Virus record (IMG/VR): IMGVR_UViG_3300022908_000006
Coordinates: 1-37,747 of that record
Direction: 5' to 3' (one strand)
DNA: 37,747 bases
From: a virus
Taxonomy: Duplodnaviria; Caudoviricetes
Shown here piece after piece: positions 18,967-27,984 of this stretch. Every line of letters starts with the position of its first letter. Position 1 is the first letter of the stretch. The notes below the pieces were generated by a model. It saw only the letters and a list, made by a program, of their open reading frames with translations, searched no databases and was not told where the DNA came from. Position numbers and translations under genes: made by a program.

Positions 18967-19768
18967 ACTTCCTCCCATCGTTGAGATACGGCTGGTTGTC
19001 TTTATACGAGATGAAAGGTGGGGTGTCCTCCCAGAACTTCACATTTCTCACCCTATTTAACGCTCCTCTGAACATTTCGCTGTTCTCAGGCGTAATCATA
19101 CCGCTCACAAGGTCTCTGCCTACTTCTGTAAGCTCATAGATGTCGTGAACGCCATTATTCGTGTGCTTCTCGCCTAAGGCCCTGAGCTTGTGCTGTCCGC
19201 CAGTGCGCTCCATAGGGAGGATCGGGACGCCCGCTGAGTAGAGCACCATCCCGAAGTTAAGGTCGTGGAGGCCATAATGCACTCCTTCTAGTTTACGAGG
19301 CCAGAAGTGGATCGTGTCTTTATCAATAAAGGGGTCAAACGTCCTGTCAGTCCGCCAGATAGGTTTCTCCATATGTTCTAGGATATTCTTAGCAACCAGC
19401 ATAAATCCTGTCCCCGTCCAATAGGCAAAACCCTGGGGGTCATGTAACACAGTAGAGTCCCCGTTCTGTTGGAAGGGATAGTCTAGGGCTACCGCTGGGT
19501 AGTTCTGGGCAAATATCTCCTTTAGGATTCCCTTAGGTAGGATCATGTCATCCTCACAAAAAAGCACTGCGAACACGTCAGGGTCCGCAAGTGCTTTCTC
19601 TGTGGGGATGGTGAAACAGTCTGGGAGCGACTTTCCGTGGGCCCAGAAGATCTCGTAGTCGAAACCTTCCAGCTCGCCTAAGAGGTTATCTAAGGTCTCC
19701 GAGAACATCAGTCCACGGGACGGTACGACAACTGCCAGTTTAGTTGGAGTATTCGGACTGCGTGACAC
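18950..19768 (-). CDS. Glycosyltransferase, GT-A-like
   Basis: LAVVVPSRG, FCEDDMIL, GTGFMLV, LHDLNF. Confidence 0.8.
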   Translation of the reverse strand: MSRSPNTPTKLAVVVPSRGLMFSETLDNLLGELEGFDYEIFWAHGKSLPDCFTIPTEKALADPDVFAVLFCEDDMILPKGILKEIFAQNYPAVALDYPFQQNGDSTVLHDPQGFAYWTGTGFMLVAKNILEHMEKPIWRTDRTFDPFIDKDTIHFWPRKLEGVHYGLHDLNFGMVLYSAGVPILPMERTGGQHKLRALGEKHTNNGVHDIYELTEVGRDLVSGMITPENSEMFRGALNRVRNVKFWEDTPPFISYKDNQPYLNDGRKYETVR

Positions 19769-20069
19769 TTACAGGTCCTAACTCTTTTTCAAGCTCCATG
19801 AGGAAGTCTAGCGTCTTCGAAAGTTGACGTAAGTCATCCTCGAACCCAGCAACTTTCTTCTGATAGGCCGCTTTAGTCGCATCGTCTTTAGCACCGCTTA
19901 GCTCGTGGCGGGACATCGCAGTATCAACAATGAGGCGGTTGATAATAGCTTTTTGCTCGTTTACCTGAGAGCTCACAAATGCTTGCTTCAGGCGATCGTG
20001 CTGTAGCTTAGCACCGATGACTTTAAACTCTTTTGCTACTTCTTTGTATAGTTCTAATGGGGTTGACAT
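19740..20069 (-). CDS. Helical hypothetical protein, first gene of the glycosylation cluster
   Basis: GGGAG SD before MSTPLEL; TGCTATAAT extended -10 at 20098-20106. Confidence 0.6.
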   Translation of the reverse strand: MSTPLELYKEVAKEFKVIGAKLQHDRLKQAFVSSQVNEQKAIINRLIVDTAMSRHELSGAKDDATKAAYQKKVAGFEDDLRQLSKTLDFLMELEKELGPVSVTQSEYSN

Positions 20070-20143
20070 AGGTTCTCCCACTCTAGTATCCACTCAAATT
20101 ATAGCATAAGGATTTCGGCTAAACGTTACTTTTTTTACAGCGT

Positions 20144-20356
20144 CTACTTTTTACCGTGCTTGTTGTTTGTCCCTGCTGTTGGGTAGCCCTCGACGTCTCT
20201 GAGCTTGCCAGCTGCTACGGCAGAAGCGATCTCTGTGTCTATCTTTGCCCACATGTCGTTATCGTTAAGACCTTGGTTCGCTGGTAGAGCCCGTGTCTTA
20301 TCCTCGATTACTTTAGGCGTGTCGCCTATGGGACCTGGTGTGATGAGCTGCGCCAT
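20144..20356 (-). CDS. Hypothetical protein (head module)
   Basis: GAGG SD; co-oriented. Confidence 0.55.
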   Translation of the reverse strand: MAQLITPGPIGDTPKVIEDKTRALPANQGLNDNDMWAKIDTEIASAVAAGKLRDVEGYPTAGTNNKHGKK

Positions 20357-20357
20357 G

Positions 20358-20480
20358 TTACCTCTGTTCCGGTGTTTTACGTTTTAATCGCTTCACTGCT
20401 GCTTTCGGTGTAGGGAGCTGAGTCGGGATGTCCAGCTTGCCGCCCTTATTCTTTCTTCCCATGTCTTTCATCTTGCCCAT
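20358..20480 (-). CDS. 40-aa highly basic peptide (MGKMKDMGRKNKGGKLDIPTQLPTPKAAVKRLKRKTPEQR)
   Basis: Not in track; TAATG coupling to upstream gene, GGAGG SD. Confidence 0.55.
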   Translation of the reverse strand: MGKMKDMGRKNKGGKLDIPTQLPTPKAAVKRLKRKTPEQR

Positions 20481-20842
20481 TATTTTCCCTCCCATTTACG
20501 AGTCTTCTCGTTGTTATCTTGAATCTGCTTATAGAAGCCCTTAACTTGGTCTTCTTTAGCATCTTTAGAGATGCCGTGGCCTCCGTTTTGGTTGCGCCAT
20601 GCGATCTCTGCTGCGTCCCAGGCTTCTTGTTCAAAGCCTGAAGGTGCTTTAGAGCCGTTCACAGACTTCTCGCCAGCCATTTGCGGCGCTGGTGCGTCTT
20701 GGTTCTTCTTGACGTCTCCTAGAGCGCTGTCTGAGTCTTTGCCTGTTTTCTTTTCAAACTTCTCCTGTTGCGGCGTGTCGTTATTGTCGACAGCCTTTTT
20801 AACGTTGTCTGGTTCACCGAATGGGTATTCGTAAGTAGCCAT
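20480..20842 (-). CDS. Hydrophilic hypothetical protein after the capsid gene
   Basis: AAGGAG SD; TGTTATAAT at 20875-20883. Confidence 0.65.
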   Translation of the reverse strand: MATYEYPFGEPDNVKKAVDNNDTPQQEKFEKKTGKDSDSALGDVKKNQDAPAPQMAGEKSVNGSKAPSGFEQEAWDAAEIAWRNQNGGHGISKDAKEDQVKGFYKQIQDNNEKTRKWEGK

Positions 20843-20882
20843 AGGTTCTCCTTCTATCGCCCGTATCTATGCCTATTATAAC

Positions 20883-20907
20883 AAAAAAGACTCCCGAGAG
20901 AGTCTTA
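20883..20907 (-). terminator. Intrinsic terminator after the major capsid gene
   Basis: Minus strand AAGACTC-TCTCGG-GAGTCTTTTTT. Confidence 0.8.
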
Positions 20908-20926
20908 ATTGTGTTAACAGTGGGAA

Positions 20927-21811
20927 TTAACTCTTTAGAACGAAACCGAAGTTTGTTCTTAAAGCATTGTGTCCGTAAAGGACGTCCACTGTCACCAACC
21001 AACCGAGGTACTCTTGCTTGTATTGGGCTTGAGTACGTGGGGTCTGTTGGAGTGCGATCGCCCATGCTTCCTTGTGGAAGAATAGGTGGTTGTATTCATC
21101 AGTAGCAGTATCTAGGTAAACCAGGTTCTGGCTCATGAAGACATCTGCGCCGTAGATACGACCAATCTTACCGTTCACAATCGAGTTGTTGTCGCCACCG
21201 ACACCGAGGGCGTCGTAACGTACGTACTTGTCAATCGCGAGCATCTCGGCTTCACCCTTAGGGTGAACAACGATAGCACGGTCAGATCGTGGGGCTTTGT
21301 TTTCGCTCAGGTAACGGTTAACTGTCAGGATGAGGTTGTCATTCAAGGCAGTACCGTAGGCACCGTAAGCTTGTCCAGCTGTTTTCCATGTGCTGGTCAT
21401 GTTAGTAGCTAGGTCAGAGTCAATCTTCTCTGAGATCGCATAAGCGGCTGCTTTAGTGTAGTCGCTACGAAGATCGTAGACTGATTGAATCTTTACCAGG
21501 TCTTCTACGATGAACGAGCTTTCATAGTGCTTGTTCAAAGTAATAGTTGTTTTAGTTTCCGTGTTGTAGTTCAGGGTAACAACGGTGTTCTGAGACTTCA
21601 AGTTAGCTGTGATAGCTGAAACGTTAGGAATCTCAAGAGTCTGACCGCCAGCTTGAACGTCTGCGTCGTAGTGTTTGATCAAAGGAAGGAGCACGAGGTT
21701 CGACTTAACGAACATGAGCACTTCTTTAGACCAAATGTTAGGACGGAAGACGTTAGCGGCGGTAGCACCGATGTTGACTGCACCTGAACCGTATAGGCCA
21801 GTTGTTGCCAT
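20927..21811 (-). CDS. Major capsid protein (HK97 fold, P22-coat-like)
   Basis: FRPNIWSKEVL, GQTLEIP, AISEKIDSDL, GKIGRIYGADVFMS, DVLYG motifs; follows scaffold. Confidence 0.9.
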   Translation of the reverse strand: MATTGLYGSGAVNIGATAANVFRPNIWSKEVLMFVKSNLVLLPLIKHYDADVQAGGQTLEIPNVSAITANLKSQNTVVTLNYNTETKTTITLNKHYESSFIVEDLVKIQSVYDLRSDYTKAAAYAISEKIDSDLATNMTSTWKTAGQAYGAYGTALNDNLILTVNRYLSENKAPRSDRAIVVHPKGEAEMLAIDKYVRYDALGVGGDNNSIVNGKIGRIYGADVFMSQNLVYLDTATDEYNHLFFHKEAWAIALQQTPRTQAQYKQEYLGWLVTVDVLYGHNALRTNFGFVLKS

Positions 21812-21830
21812 TAGTGTATCTCCAAATTAA

Positions 21831-22613
21831 TTATGATAGCGCCTTGTTGATCTCTGCTTGGTGATCTTGGAACCACTGAAGGTCATTCTCACCGACTAGT
21901 TTATCAACGTTCTGGGGGGTAATCGCCGCTGAGCTTGCGCCCGAGTTGACTGCATTACCTCTTGGCACTGCTGCTTGTTGTTTATGGGCTAAGGATTCGA
22001 GACCTGCTCGTTTCCCCTGTGACCTGATGGTATCTGTATTACCAGCTAACACCTCATTGTAGCTTGCCTTCAAGATTGCCTCTGGTGAACCATACAGACC
22101 TGACTCTTGAGCAACCTTCGCCATTTCTGACTCGTATTGCCGTGCTTCAGGGTGCGTCTCCCAGAAATCCCTAATCGAGTCTTTGACTTGAAGTCGTTGG
22201 ACCGTCTTAAGTAAGTTTGGGTCTTGACCAGTTGCCTGCGCTACTTGTTCGGCCGATGTATCGGACATCTGTCCCATCGTCTTCTCAAGTTCGCTTGCTC
22301 GTTGGCTCTTGGCATGCATCTGCTTCTCAGCATTCATTGCCATCTTAGCTGCTTTTTTAGCATTGTCGCTGTCGAGTTCTAAGCCTTTCGTTGCAGCAAA
22401 TTTAGCAAGTTGTTCATCCTCATCGGATGGCTCACTGGTTGCCTCAGCCTCTTGTCCCTCTGTCTCGGTGGTTTGTTCAACCGCCTCAGCTTGTTCTGTG
22501 TCCTCTGGTTCTGAAGCAGTTACTGCCATTCCCTGGTCGTCAATAGCGACCCCGTTAATGGTTTGTACTTCGCCAGATTCAACAGGAGCGTCGGTTGTGG
22601 TTTCGTCGTCCAT
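21831..22613 (-). CDS. Capsid scaffolding protein
   Basis: Acidic disordered N-terminus, coiled coil, directly upstream of capsid gene. Confidence 0.8.
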   Translation of the reverse strand: MDDETTTDAPVESGEVQTINGVAIDDQGMAVTASEPEDTEQAEAVEQTTETEGQEAEATSEPSDEDEQLAKFAATKGLELDSDNAKKAAKMAMNAEKQMHAKSQRASELEKTMGQMSDTSAEQVAQATGQDPNLLKTVQRLQVKDSIRDFWETHPEARQYESEMAKVAQESGLYGSPEAILKASYNEVLAGNTDTIRSQGKRAGLESLAHKQQAAVPRGNAVNSGASSAAITPQNVDKLVGENDLQWFQDHQAEINKALS

Positions 22614-22630
22614 CGTTGTACCTTTCTATC

Positions 22631-22695
22631 ACTAGCCCGAATTGTAGCTTGGTGTTAATACGGGCTAGTATTAATAATATTCCAAGCTACAATTC
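22631..22695 (-). promoter_or_regulatory. Structured leader with two alternative pairings, upstream of the scaffold RBS
   Basis: 14-bp perfect stem 22639-22652/22682-22695 and 9-bp competing stem 22631-22639/22661-22669. Confidence 0.65.
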
Positions 22696-22706
22696 CGAAT
22701 AACGAT

Positions 22707-22916
22707 CTACTTCTTCACCTCCGCCGTCACACTTTGGATGTGCTCTTGAACCAACCGGACACCTCTAGCAGACTGCGTATAGTCTCGGGCCCTATCAGCG
22801 TCCTTCTCGGCCTTCTCGTGCTCAGCATCAATCAGTCTATCTAACTCTTTAAGGAACTTCTGCCCCTCTTCATTCTTTAAGAAGAACGCTACGTATGCTG
22901 CGCTTTGTTTACTCAT
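22707..22916 (-). CDS. Small portal-adjacent head protein
   Basis: FLKNEEGQKFL motif typical of the small gene between portal and scaffold; ATGA coupling. Confidence 0.65.
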   Translation of the reverse strand: MSKQSAAYVAFFLKNEEGQKFLKELDRLIDAEHEKAEKDADRARDYTQSARGVRLVQEHIQSVTAEVKK

Positions 22917-24730
22917 GCCTGCCCTATCCCTTGTAGCTCAGCGACCTTTTTGGCCATCTCGATAGTATGCTTCTCGTCAGCGTGGTCCATACCCTGTTGC
23001 ATCTGTTGAGCCTTAAGCTCTGCTGTTGGGTCAGGAGGTGGGCCTTGCATCATGGCAGCAAGCTCAGGAGGGAGCCCACCAGGGTCTTGAGACGCACCCT
23101 CCATCCCGGGCACACCAGGCTGCCCCTGTGGGGCCATCAGGAGCTCCACCTCATCTGGGTCAAGATCAAACGAACGTGATAATACGAGCTTCTTCAGCTC
23201 AGACTGATTAACTTCAGGGTCGTTCAAGAACGCACCTAGTAGTTCCTTAGCGTCCTCAGCCTGCTTCTGCTTGTCGTTGTTGATAGTGGCCTCTAGTTGA
23301 ACGCGTGGCTCATACTCACCCTTGAACTCGTCGGGGTCGAACTCTTCCCACCTCGCGCCATCCTTTCCAATAATACGTACCATCATCGGCTCTGTGACGT
23401 AGAGCTGAATCATCCTAAAGATGATTTTAGCTACCCTGTAGAAGTATCCATTCTCAATCTGAGTCACCTTAAGTGAGAAGCGCTGACCTGCACCAGCTAC
23501 CTGGGCATTGATCTCTGTAGCTGTAGACTTGGCACCCTCTTGACTCGTTCCCCTCACGACCTCACTTGAAGCTGTAGTCTCCCTGATCTCGTTCTTGATG
23601 TTCTGCCGCTCTAGGAATGCGTCTTGGGGGATAGGACGCTGCTGGATCGGTACTAATGTGCCCGCTTCGACCGGATAGATAGCCCCTGGGATGTTCTCAA
23701 TCTCACTCAGGAGGTGAGCGTACTTCGGGTCCAGCGTGTACATCTGGTTCAAAGTATAGGTAATGGAGTCGATATTCTGGTTAGTAATGTCGTTTAAGAG
23801 CTCCTGCTCATCTGCAATGATATCGATCTCGCCCTTAGCATAGAACAGAGATTCGTCCACGTAGTCTCTCGCGTCTGCAAAGGGGAGTAGTCCCTTAGGG
23901 TACTCTTCACCGTTAGCTTCAGACTTGGACTTGTAGTAGTTATCCGAATCCTCAATAATCACCGAACGGTTAGCTACTGAGATAGTCTTATCGAGCGTCC
24001 AGTATTCAATCACTTCGATCTGGTGCTTATGAGCTTCAGGAACAGTGGAACCATACCACATGTCCTTTTGTTGCTTATCGGTGTTCTCACCTTGCGAACC
24101 ACTCTCGTATGAGATCTTATCAAGGTTGGTGTACTTCTTCTTCATAGGGTAGTCACCATCCGTGTCTGGTTTGGCGTCGAAGTCGACAATCTCAAATTCT
24201 TCGAGCTCTTCTTTTGAGATCAGGTACCTACGCCCACAGTAGCGGGCATTGTCTAGGGTAGAGGCAGTAGGGTCAATAAAGAAGTCCCTGATAGGAACGT
24301 TAATGAGGCAAGGGTGATCGCCCTCCCAGTAGAAGTAGTCCACGGCTGTACCGAGCTTAAACATGTTCCTACCAGTGTTTATGATCTTCAGAGACCACTG
24401 GTCTTTATCCCAGTAATAGTCTAGCAGGGAATTGAGAATGTCAGTCTTCTGGTCTTGTTTCTCTTGAGGCGGAAGGTAGCCGAACTTAGGCTTAGAACCA
24501 AATAGGCCTGAGGTGAGGGTTTCTACTGTTGAAAAAGACATCGGGACGAACGTATCGGTAATACCTTGATACCCGCGCTTCACCCGGTTGTTATTGTAGA
24601 GTTTATAGTTGTTCTCCCAGCGGCCATGCCAGGAGCTCTGGGTATACTCCCATGAGCGGTTGAATGCGCTGACGACTGTCTCTAGAGTAGAATCGGCTGG
24701 TTGTTTCTTCTCAAGCTTCTTAGTAGGCAT
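22913..24730 (-). CDS. Portal protein (P22-like)
   Basis: ~605 aa after terL; DFFIDP, DEQELLN, TATEIN motifs and Pro/Gln-rich tail. Confidence 0.9.
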   Translation of the reverse strand: MPTKKLEKKQPADSTLETVVSAFNRSWEYTQSSWHGRWENNYKLYNNNRVKRGYQGITDTFVPMSFSTVETLTSGLFGSKPKFGYLPPQEKQDQKTDILNSLLDYYWDKDQWSLKIINTGRNMFKLGTAVDYFYWEGDHPCLINVPIRDFFIDPTASTLDNARYCGRRYLISKEELEEFEIVDFDAKPDTDGDYPMKKKYTNLDKISYESGSQGENTDKQQKDMWYGSTVPEAHKHQIEVIEYWTLDKTISVANRSVIIEDSDNYYKSKSEANGEEYPKGLLPFADARDYVDESLFYAKGEIDIIADEQELLNDITNQNIDSITYTLNQMYTLDPKYAHLLSEIENIPGAIYPVEAGTLVPIQQRPIPQDAFLERQNIKNEIRETTASSEVVRGTSQEGAKSTATEINAQVAGAGQRFSLKVTQIENGYFYRVAKIIFRMIQLYVTEPMMVRIIGKDGARWEEFDPDEFKGEYEPRVQLEATINNDKQKQAEDAKELLGAFLNDPEVNQSELKKLVLSRSFDLDPDEVELLMAPQGQPGVPGMEGASQDPGGLPPELAAMMQGPPPDPTAELKAQQMQQGMDHADEKHTIEMAKKVAELQGIGQA

Positions 24731-24858
24731 CAGTCGTCCTGACACTCGTATCCAATGGTGGAATTATAGCACGACCACTTTAGAATGCAAAGTAATTTGT
24801 AACAACGCTGGGTTTGGATACTGAGTGTTTAATTACTTAGTCCCAGCGCTGATAGAAA

Positions 24859-26292
24859 CTACCCTGTCATCCTCTTGGCCCTCACCATGTTTGCGGGTTT
24901 GTAGGCGTGGATAGACCGACTACTCACTCCCTCCCCCGTTACTTGCTCGTATATGCCCGACAACACATCAGGAGCGTCATCATGCTCGTTCTTGCCCTTA
25001 CGCTGGTATGTGAGGAGCTGTGTAGCGAAGGCGGGCCACTTACTTATCCACCCAACAGGCATAAGGAGGTTCTTAGACACCCAGGCGCTGGATGAGATGA
25101 TCCTCGAGTCTTTATTACCAAGCTGCACCTTATCGTTGATGACACACTTGAGATAGCCAGATTCCTTGAGAAGTCTGTCAATATTCCTGCCAAATCCACG
25201 CCCACCATTGTTCGATTCGATAGTAGCGACGTTTATCTCATTTCTCAGTAACATATCGGCAACGTTCGGCTCTGTGATCTCCATCGGTTCGTCACTCATC
25301 TCAACATCTAGAACGTAGACCTTGCCATCTACTTCGCCAAAGCACACCGAACATAAATAATCCGCACCCTTGTCGGCTGTATCTGTGTAGTTGTATTTCA
25401 CGTCCATCTCTGGGAGGGAGTCGTAAGTATAGAACCCGTCGTAAAGCCTTCCCTCAACGTCGATAGGCTTTTGGTTATAGTTGGCCTCAACGATCTCCCG
25501 GGCCATCTCCTTGGTCTTCACATCGTAGCTCTCCCTACTGAGGATGTCGTCACAAAGCATCGTTCCGTCATCCTGCACCGCTTTGAAGGTGATAACTTCT
25601 ACCAAATCTCCGTAATGACCAATGATCTTGCCTGATAAGTCCTCCTGTGCCCAACGAGTCATGACTGCGATGACCTTCCATTCGTTGCCTTCTGTACGAC
25701 TCAACATGGTATTGGTGAGCCACTCCCAGTCCTTTTCTAGTTTCAGGGGATTGTACGCTTCTTCAGCGTTCTTAATGATGTCGTCTAGAATGATGTAGTT
25801 CGCACCAAACCCAGTGGCTGTGCCTGTGGGAGAAGTAGCTAGGTAGTTATCCTGCCCACTCCCCTCAAGTGACCATAGTGATTTAGATGCTTGGCCGTAC
25901 TTTATCTTTGTATCGGGAAATATATCATTGTAGACTTCAACGCCTTCGCTCTTCCTCTCGTCAATACTATCTCGCACCTTCCTCGCAAAAGTCGTAGACA
26001 GTGTTTCGTTATAAGAACCTGTCATTACCTTCATGAAAGGATTAAGACCGAAAAGCCACTCTACTAGATTGGTGGCAGTCAGAGACTTGAGGTGACGAGG
26101 CGGCAGATTGATAACAAGGAACTGCTTCTCATTCTGTTCAGTGAATGCCTGAATCTTACCGCATACATCTTTCAGGTACTCACGATCACTAGCGTATAGG
26201 GTAGGGAATCTAAGTTGGCAATAGTCATAGAAGCTACGACGCGCTAGCTCCTTCTTAGCTTCTTTCTTGACTTCAGTCGGAACCGTCGCCAT
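24859..26292 (-). CDS. terL: Terminase large subunit
   Basis: LPPRHLKS (Walker A), IILDDIIK (Walker B), MTRW, YNQKP, DTAD, IESN, HDDAPD nuclease motifs. Confidence 0.95.
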   Translation of the reverse strand: MATVPTEVKKEAKKELARRSFYDYCQLRFPTLYASDREYLKDVCGKIQAFTEQNEKQFLVINLPPRHLKSLTATNLVEWLFGLNPFMKVMTGSYNETLSTTFARKVRDSIDERKSEGVEVYNDIFPDTKIKYGQASKSLWSLEGSGQDNYLATSPTGTATGFGANYIILDDIIKNAEEAYNPLKLEKDWEWLTNTMLSRTEGNEWKVIAVMTRWAQEDLSGKIIGHYGDLVEVITFKAVQDDGTMLCDDILSRESYDVKTKEMAREIVEANYNQKPIDVEGRLYDGFYTYDSLPEMDVKYNYTDTADKGADYLCSVCFGEVDGKVYVLDVEMSDEPMEITEPNVADMLLRNEINVATIESNNGGRGFGRNIDRLLKESGYLKCVINDKVQLGNKDSRIISSSAWVSKNLLMPVGWISKWPAFATQLLTYQRKGKNEHDDAPDVLSGIYEQVTGEGVSSRSIHAYKPANMVRAKRMTG

Positions 26293-26719
26293 TCGCAAGC
26301 TTTCGTAGTTCGTCAGTTGATAAGTTTGCGTACTGACTTATGGACTCCCCCTTTGTCGTAATGTCCGTAGCTGTCTGCTCTACATACCCATGTTTGCCCG
26401 AAAGTATCAGTTTAGCGATAGAGGCGTTGTAGCGGCCTGCTAGTGCGTTCTGGATAAGTTTTTCACCTTGTTTGAACTTTAACTTGCTGGTGATGTCGGA
26501 AAACCGTTCGTCTTCTTTCTCCCATTGGTATAGGGTATCTCTGTGTATATCGAGCGCTAAGGCCAGTCCCTCAATTGTTGGAAGTAGTGTAGAGACACTC
26601 ACATCCATAGTGTCTAAGTACTCCCATGCCCTAGTAACAAGCTCGTCAGTTAGCTTGGTAGGTCGTCCACCAAGATTTCTAGCAGTAGACTGAGTTGTAG
26701 CATTTGGCTGCTCTGTCAT
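26273..26719 (-). CDS. terS: Terminase small subunit (P22 gp3-like)
   Basis: GGRPTKL, PTIEGLALALDIHRDTLYQW HTH, LSTDELRKL tail; overlaps terL. Confidence 0.88.
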   Translation of the reverse strand: MTEQPNATTQSTARNLGGRPTKLTDELVTRAWEYLDTMDVSVSTLLPTIEGLALALDIHRDTLYQWEKEDERFSDITSKLKFKQGEKLIQNALAGRYNASIAKLILSGKHGYVEQTATDITTKGESISQYANLSTDELRKLANGDGSD

Positions 26720-26758
26720 AATAGCTTTAGAATAACACTAAAGCTTTAGATTGTATAG

Positions 26759-26941
26759 TTACTTCTTCTTGGGCTTCACAGCTTCAGTCTCAGTAGCTGT
26801 CATCTTGTTTATATCGGCTCGCCTGCTCAGCTCCTGATTAATAATCTTCAAGTTGCTCTCGACTCGCTCTTTTTCAAGTAAGTTGTCATATGCGAGACTT
26901 TTAAGCTCTACCTCTGTCATTGTTGATACGTCTGTGTTCAT
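26759..26941 (-). CDS. 60-aa coiled-coil hypothetical protein
   Basis: AAGGAG SD before MNTDVST; ELKSLAYD motif. Confidence 0.65.
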   Translation of the reverse strand: MNTDVSTMTEVELKSLAYDNLLEKERVESNLKIINQELSRRADINKMTATETEAVKPKKK

Positions 26942-26954
26942 GTTGTTCTCCTTA

Positions 26955-27149
26955 TTAACCTTGGTCAGTATCACTGAACTTATCGACGAATATACTCTGG
27001 CTTGGGTCTTTAGGTCCTTCGTACTTGACGAGTGCTTGCCAAAACGTTGAGTAGGCTTCAATGGGGTAACCATATGGTTGCCACGTCTCAAGCTCATGCT
27101 CGGTAACGTCTGCTGTCTTTACTATCTTATACTTTACTATCTTTCTCAT
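26955..27149 (-). CDS. Small hypothetical protein (DUF1737-like WQPYG...QALVK motif)
   Basis: GGAGG SD; ATGA coupling. Confidence 0.6.
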   Translation of the reverse strand: MRKIVKYKIVKTADVTEHELETWQPYGYPIEAYSTFWQALVKYEGPKDPSQSIFVDKFSDTDQG

Positions 27150-27346
27150 AGGTGCTCCTCCTTAACTACTGGGCTTCTATTCCAAAATCTCCACCATGGA
27201 GCAGGCTCTTTAATAGCTCCGCAGTCACACTTATAAATAGGACCTGACGTGATGGTCAGTAGATGCCACCACTGATGATAATGATAACGAGCTTCATACG
27301 TCCCCAACCTTGACAAAAGCTCCTGTACTCCCATGCCTTTGCTCAT
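27146..27346 (-). CDS. Hypothetical protein with His and CxC residues
   Basis: Coupled ORF in early gene run. Confidence 0.55.
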   Translation of the reverse strand: MSKGMGVQELLSRLGTYEARYHYHQWWHLLTITSGPIYKCDCGAIKEPAPWWRFWNRSPVVKEEHL

Positions 27347-27690
27347 GACTTCTCCTCTGGCTTATGCAGGCCTAACAGCTTAATATGCAGTTCGGCTACG
27401 GCGTCTTCCGGGGCGCCTGCGTCCCCGTATAGGTGAGATGTGCCTTCTCCATACCTATGAGCCGCATGGTAGGTCCCGTCAAAAGAGTTCTTCATAAGTA
27501 CAGTCCCGTTAGGTGTACGGTCGACCAGATACCCCAATGTGTAGGCGGGGTAGAACTTGTCTCCATAGACTACACGGCCAGCTTTGGCATAGCTGATGAC
27601 TCTTAACCCATCATCCCAAATATACTCGGTCTCACTCCAACCTGATAGGTTATATAGCTCTTTTGATAACTTGTAGGATGCTGTGTTCAT
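27343..27690 (-). CDS. Hypothetical protein
   Basis: Coupled ORF; LSKELY...PAYTLGYL. Confidence 0.65.
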   Translation of the reverse strand: MNTASYKLSKELYNLSGWSETEYIWDDGLRVISYAKAGRVVYGDKFYPAYTLGYLVDRTPNGTVLMKNSFDGTYHAAHRYGEGTSHLYGDAGAPEDAVAELHIKLLGLHKPEEKS

Positions 27691-27691
27691 A

Positions 27692-27835
27692 CTACTTCCA
27701 GTCCTTTCTCATTAAGTAAATACCGAATAAACATAACGGGGCCATCAGTGCCGCTAGTAAGTAGACTCCCACAATGAGGAATATGACCTCTAGATATACG
27801 GATAATCCAACAAGTATGGGGCCAGCGACAATCAT
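27692..27835 (-). CDS. 47-aa hydrophobic membrane peptide
   Basis: Not in track; MIVAGPILVGLSVYLEVIFLIVG...; ATGA coupling. Confidence 0.5.
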   Translation of the reverse strand: MIVAGPILVGLSVYLEVIFLIVGVYLLAALMAPLCLFGIYLMRKDWK

Positions 27836-27984
27836 ATAGACGCCCTATTCCTTTGCTCGGCCCTCAGCTTATTCTGGAACTGTACTCTTGCGGTGTCCAT
27901 ATCAAAGTCCATGGTCCCCTCGGCACCATACTCAAGTAGTTCTCGAGCTATCGACTCCATTGTTGGTACGTTCTGTTTACTCAT
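27832..27984 (-). CDS. Hypothetical protein (50 aa)
   Basis: AAGGAG SD before MSKQNVP. Confidence 0.55.
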   Translation of the reverse strand: MSKQNVPTMESIARELLEYGAEGTMDFDMDTARVQFQNKLRAEQRNRASI

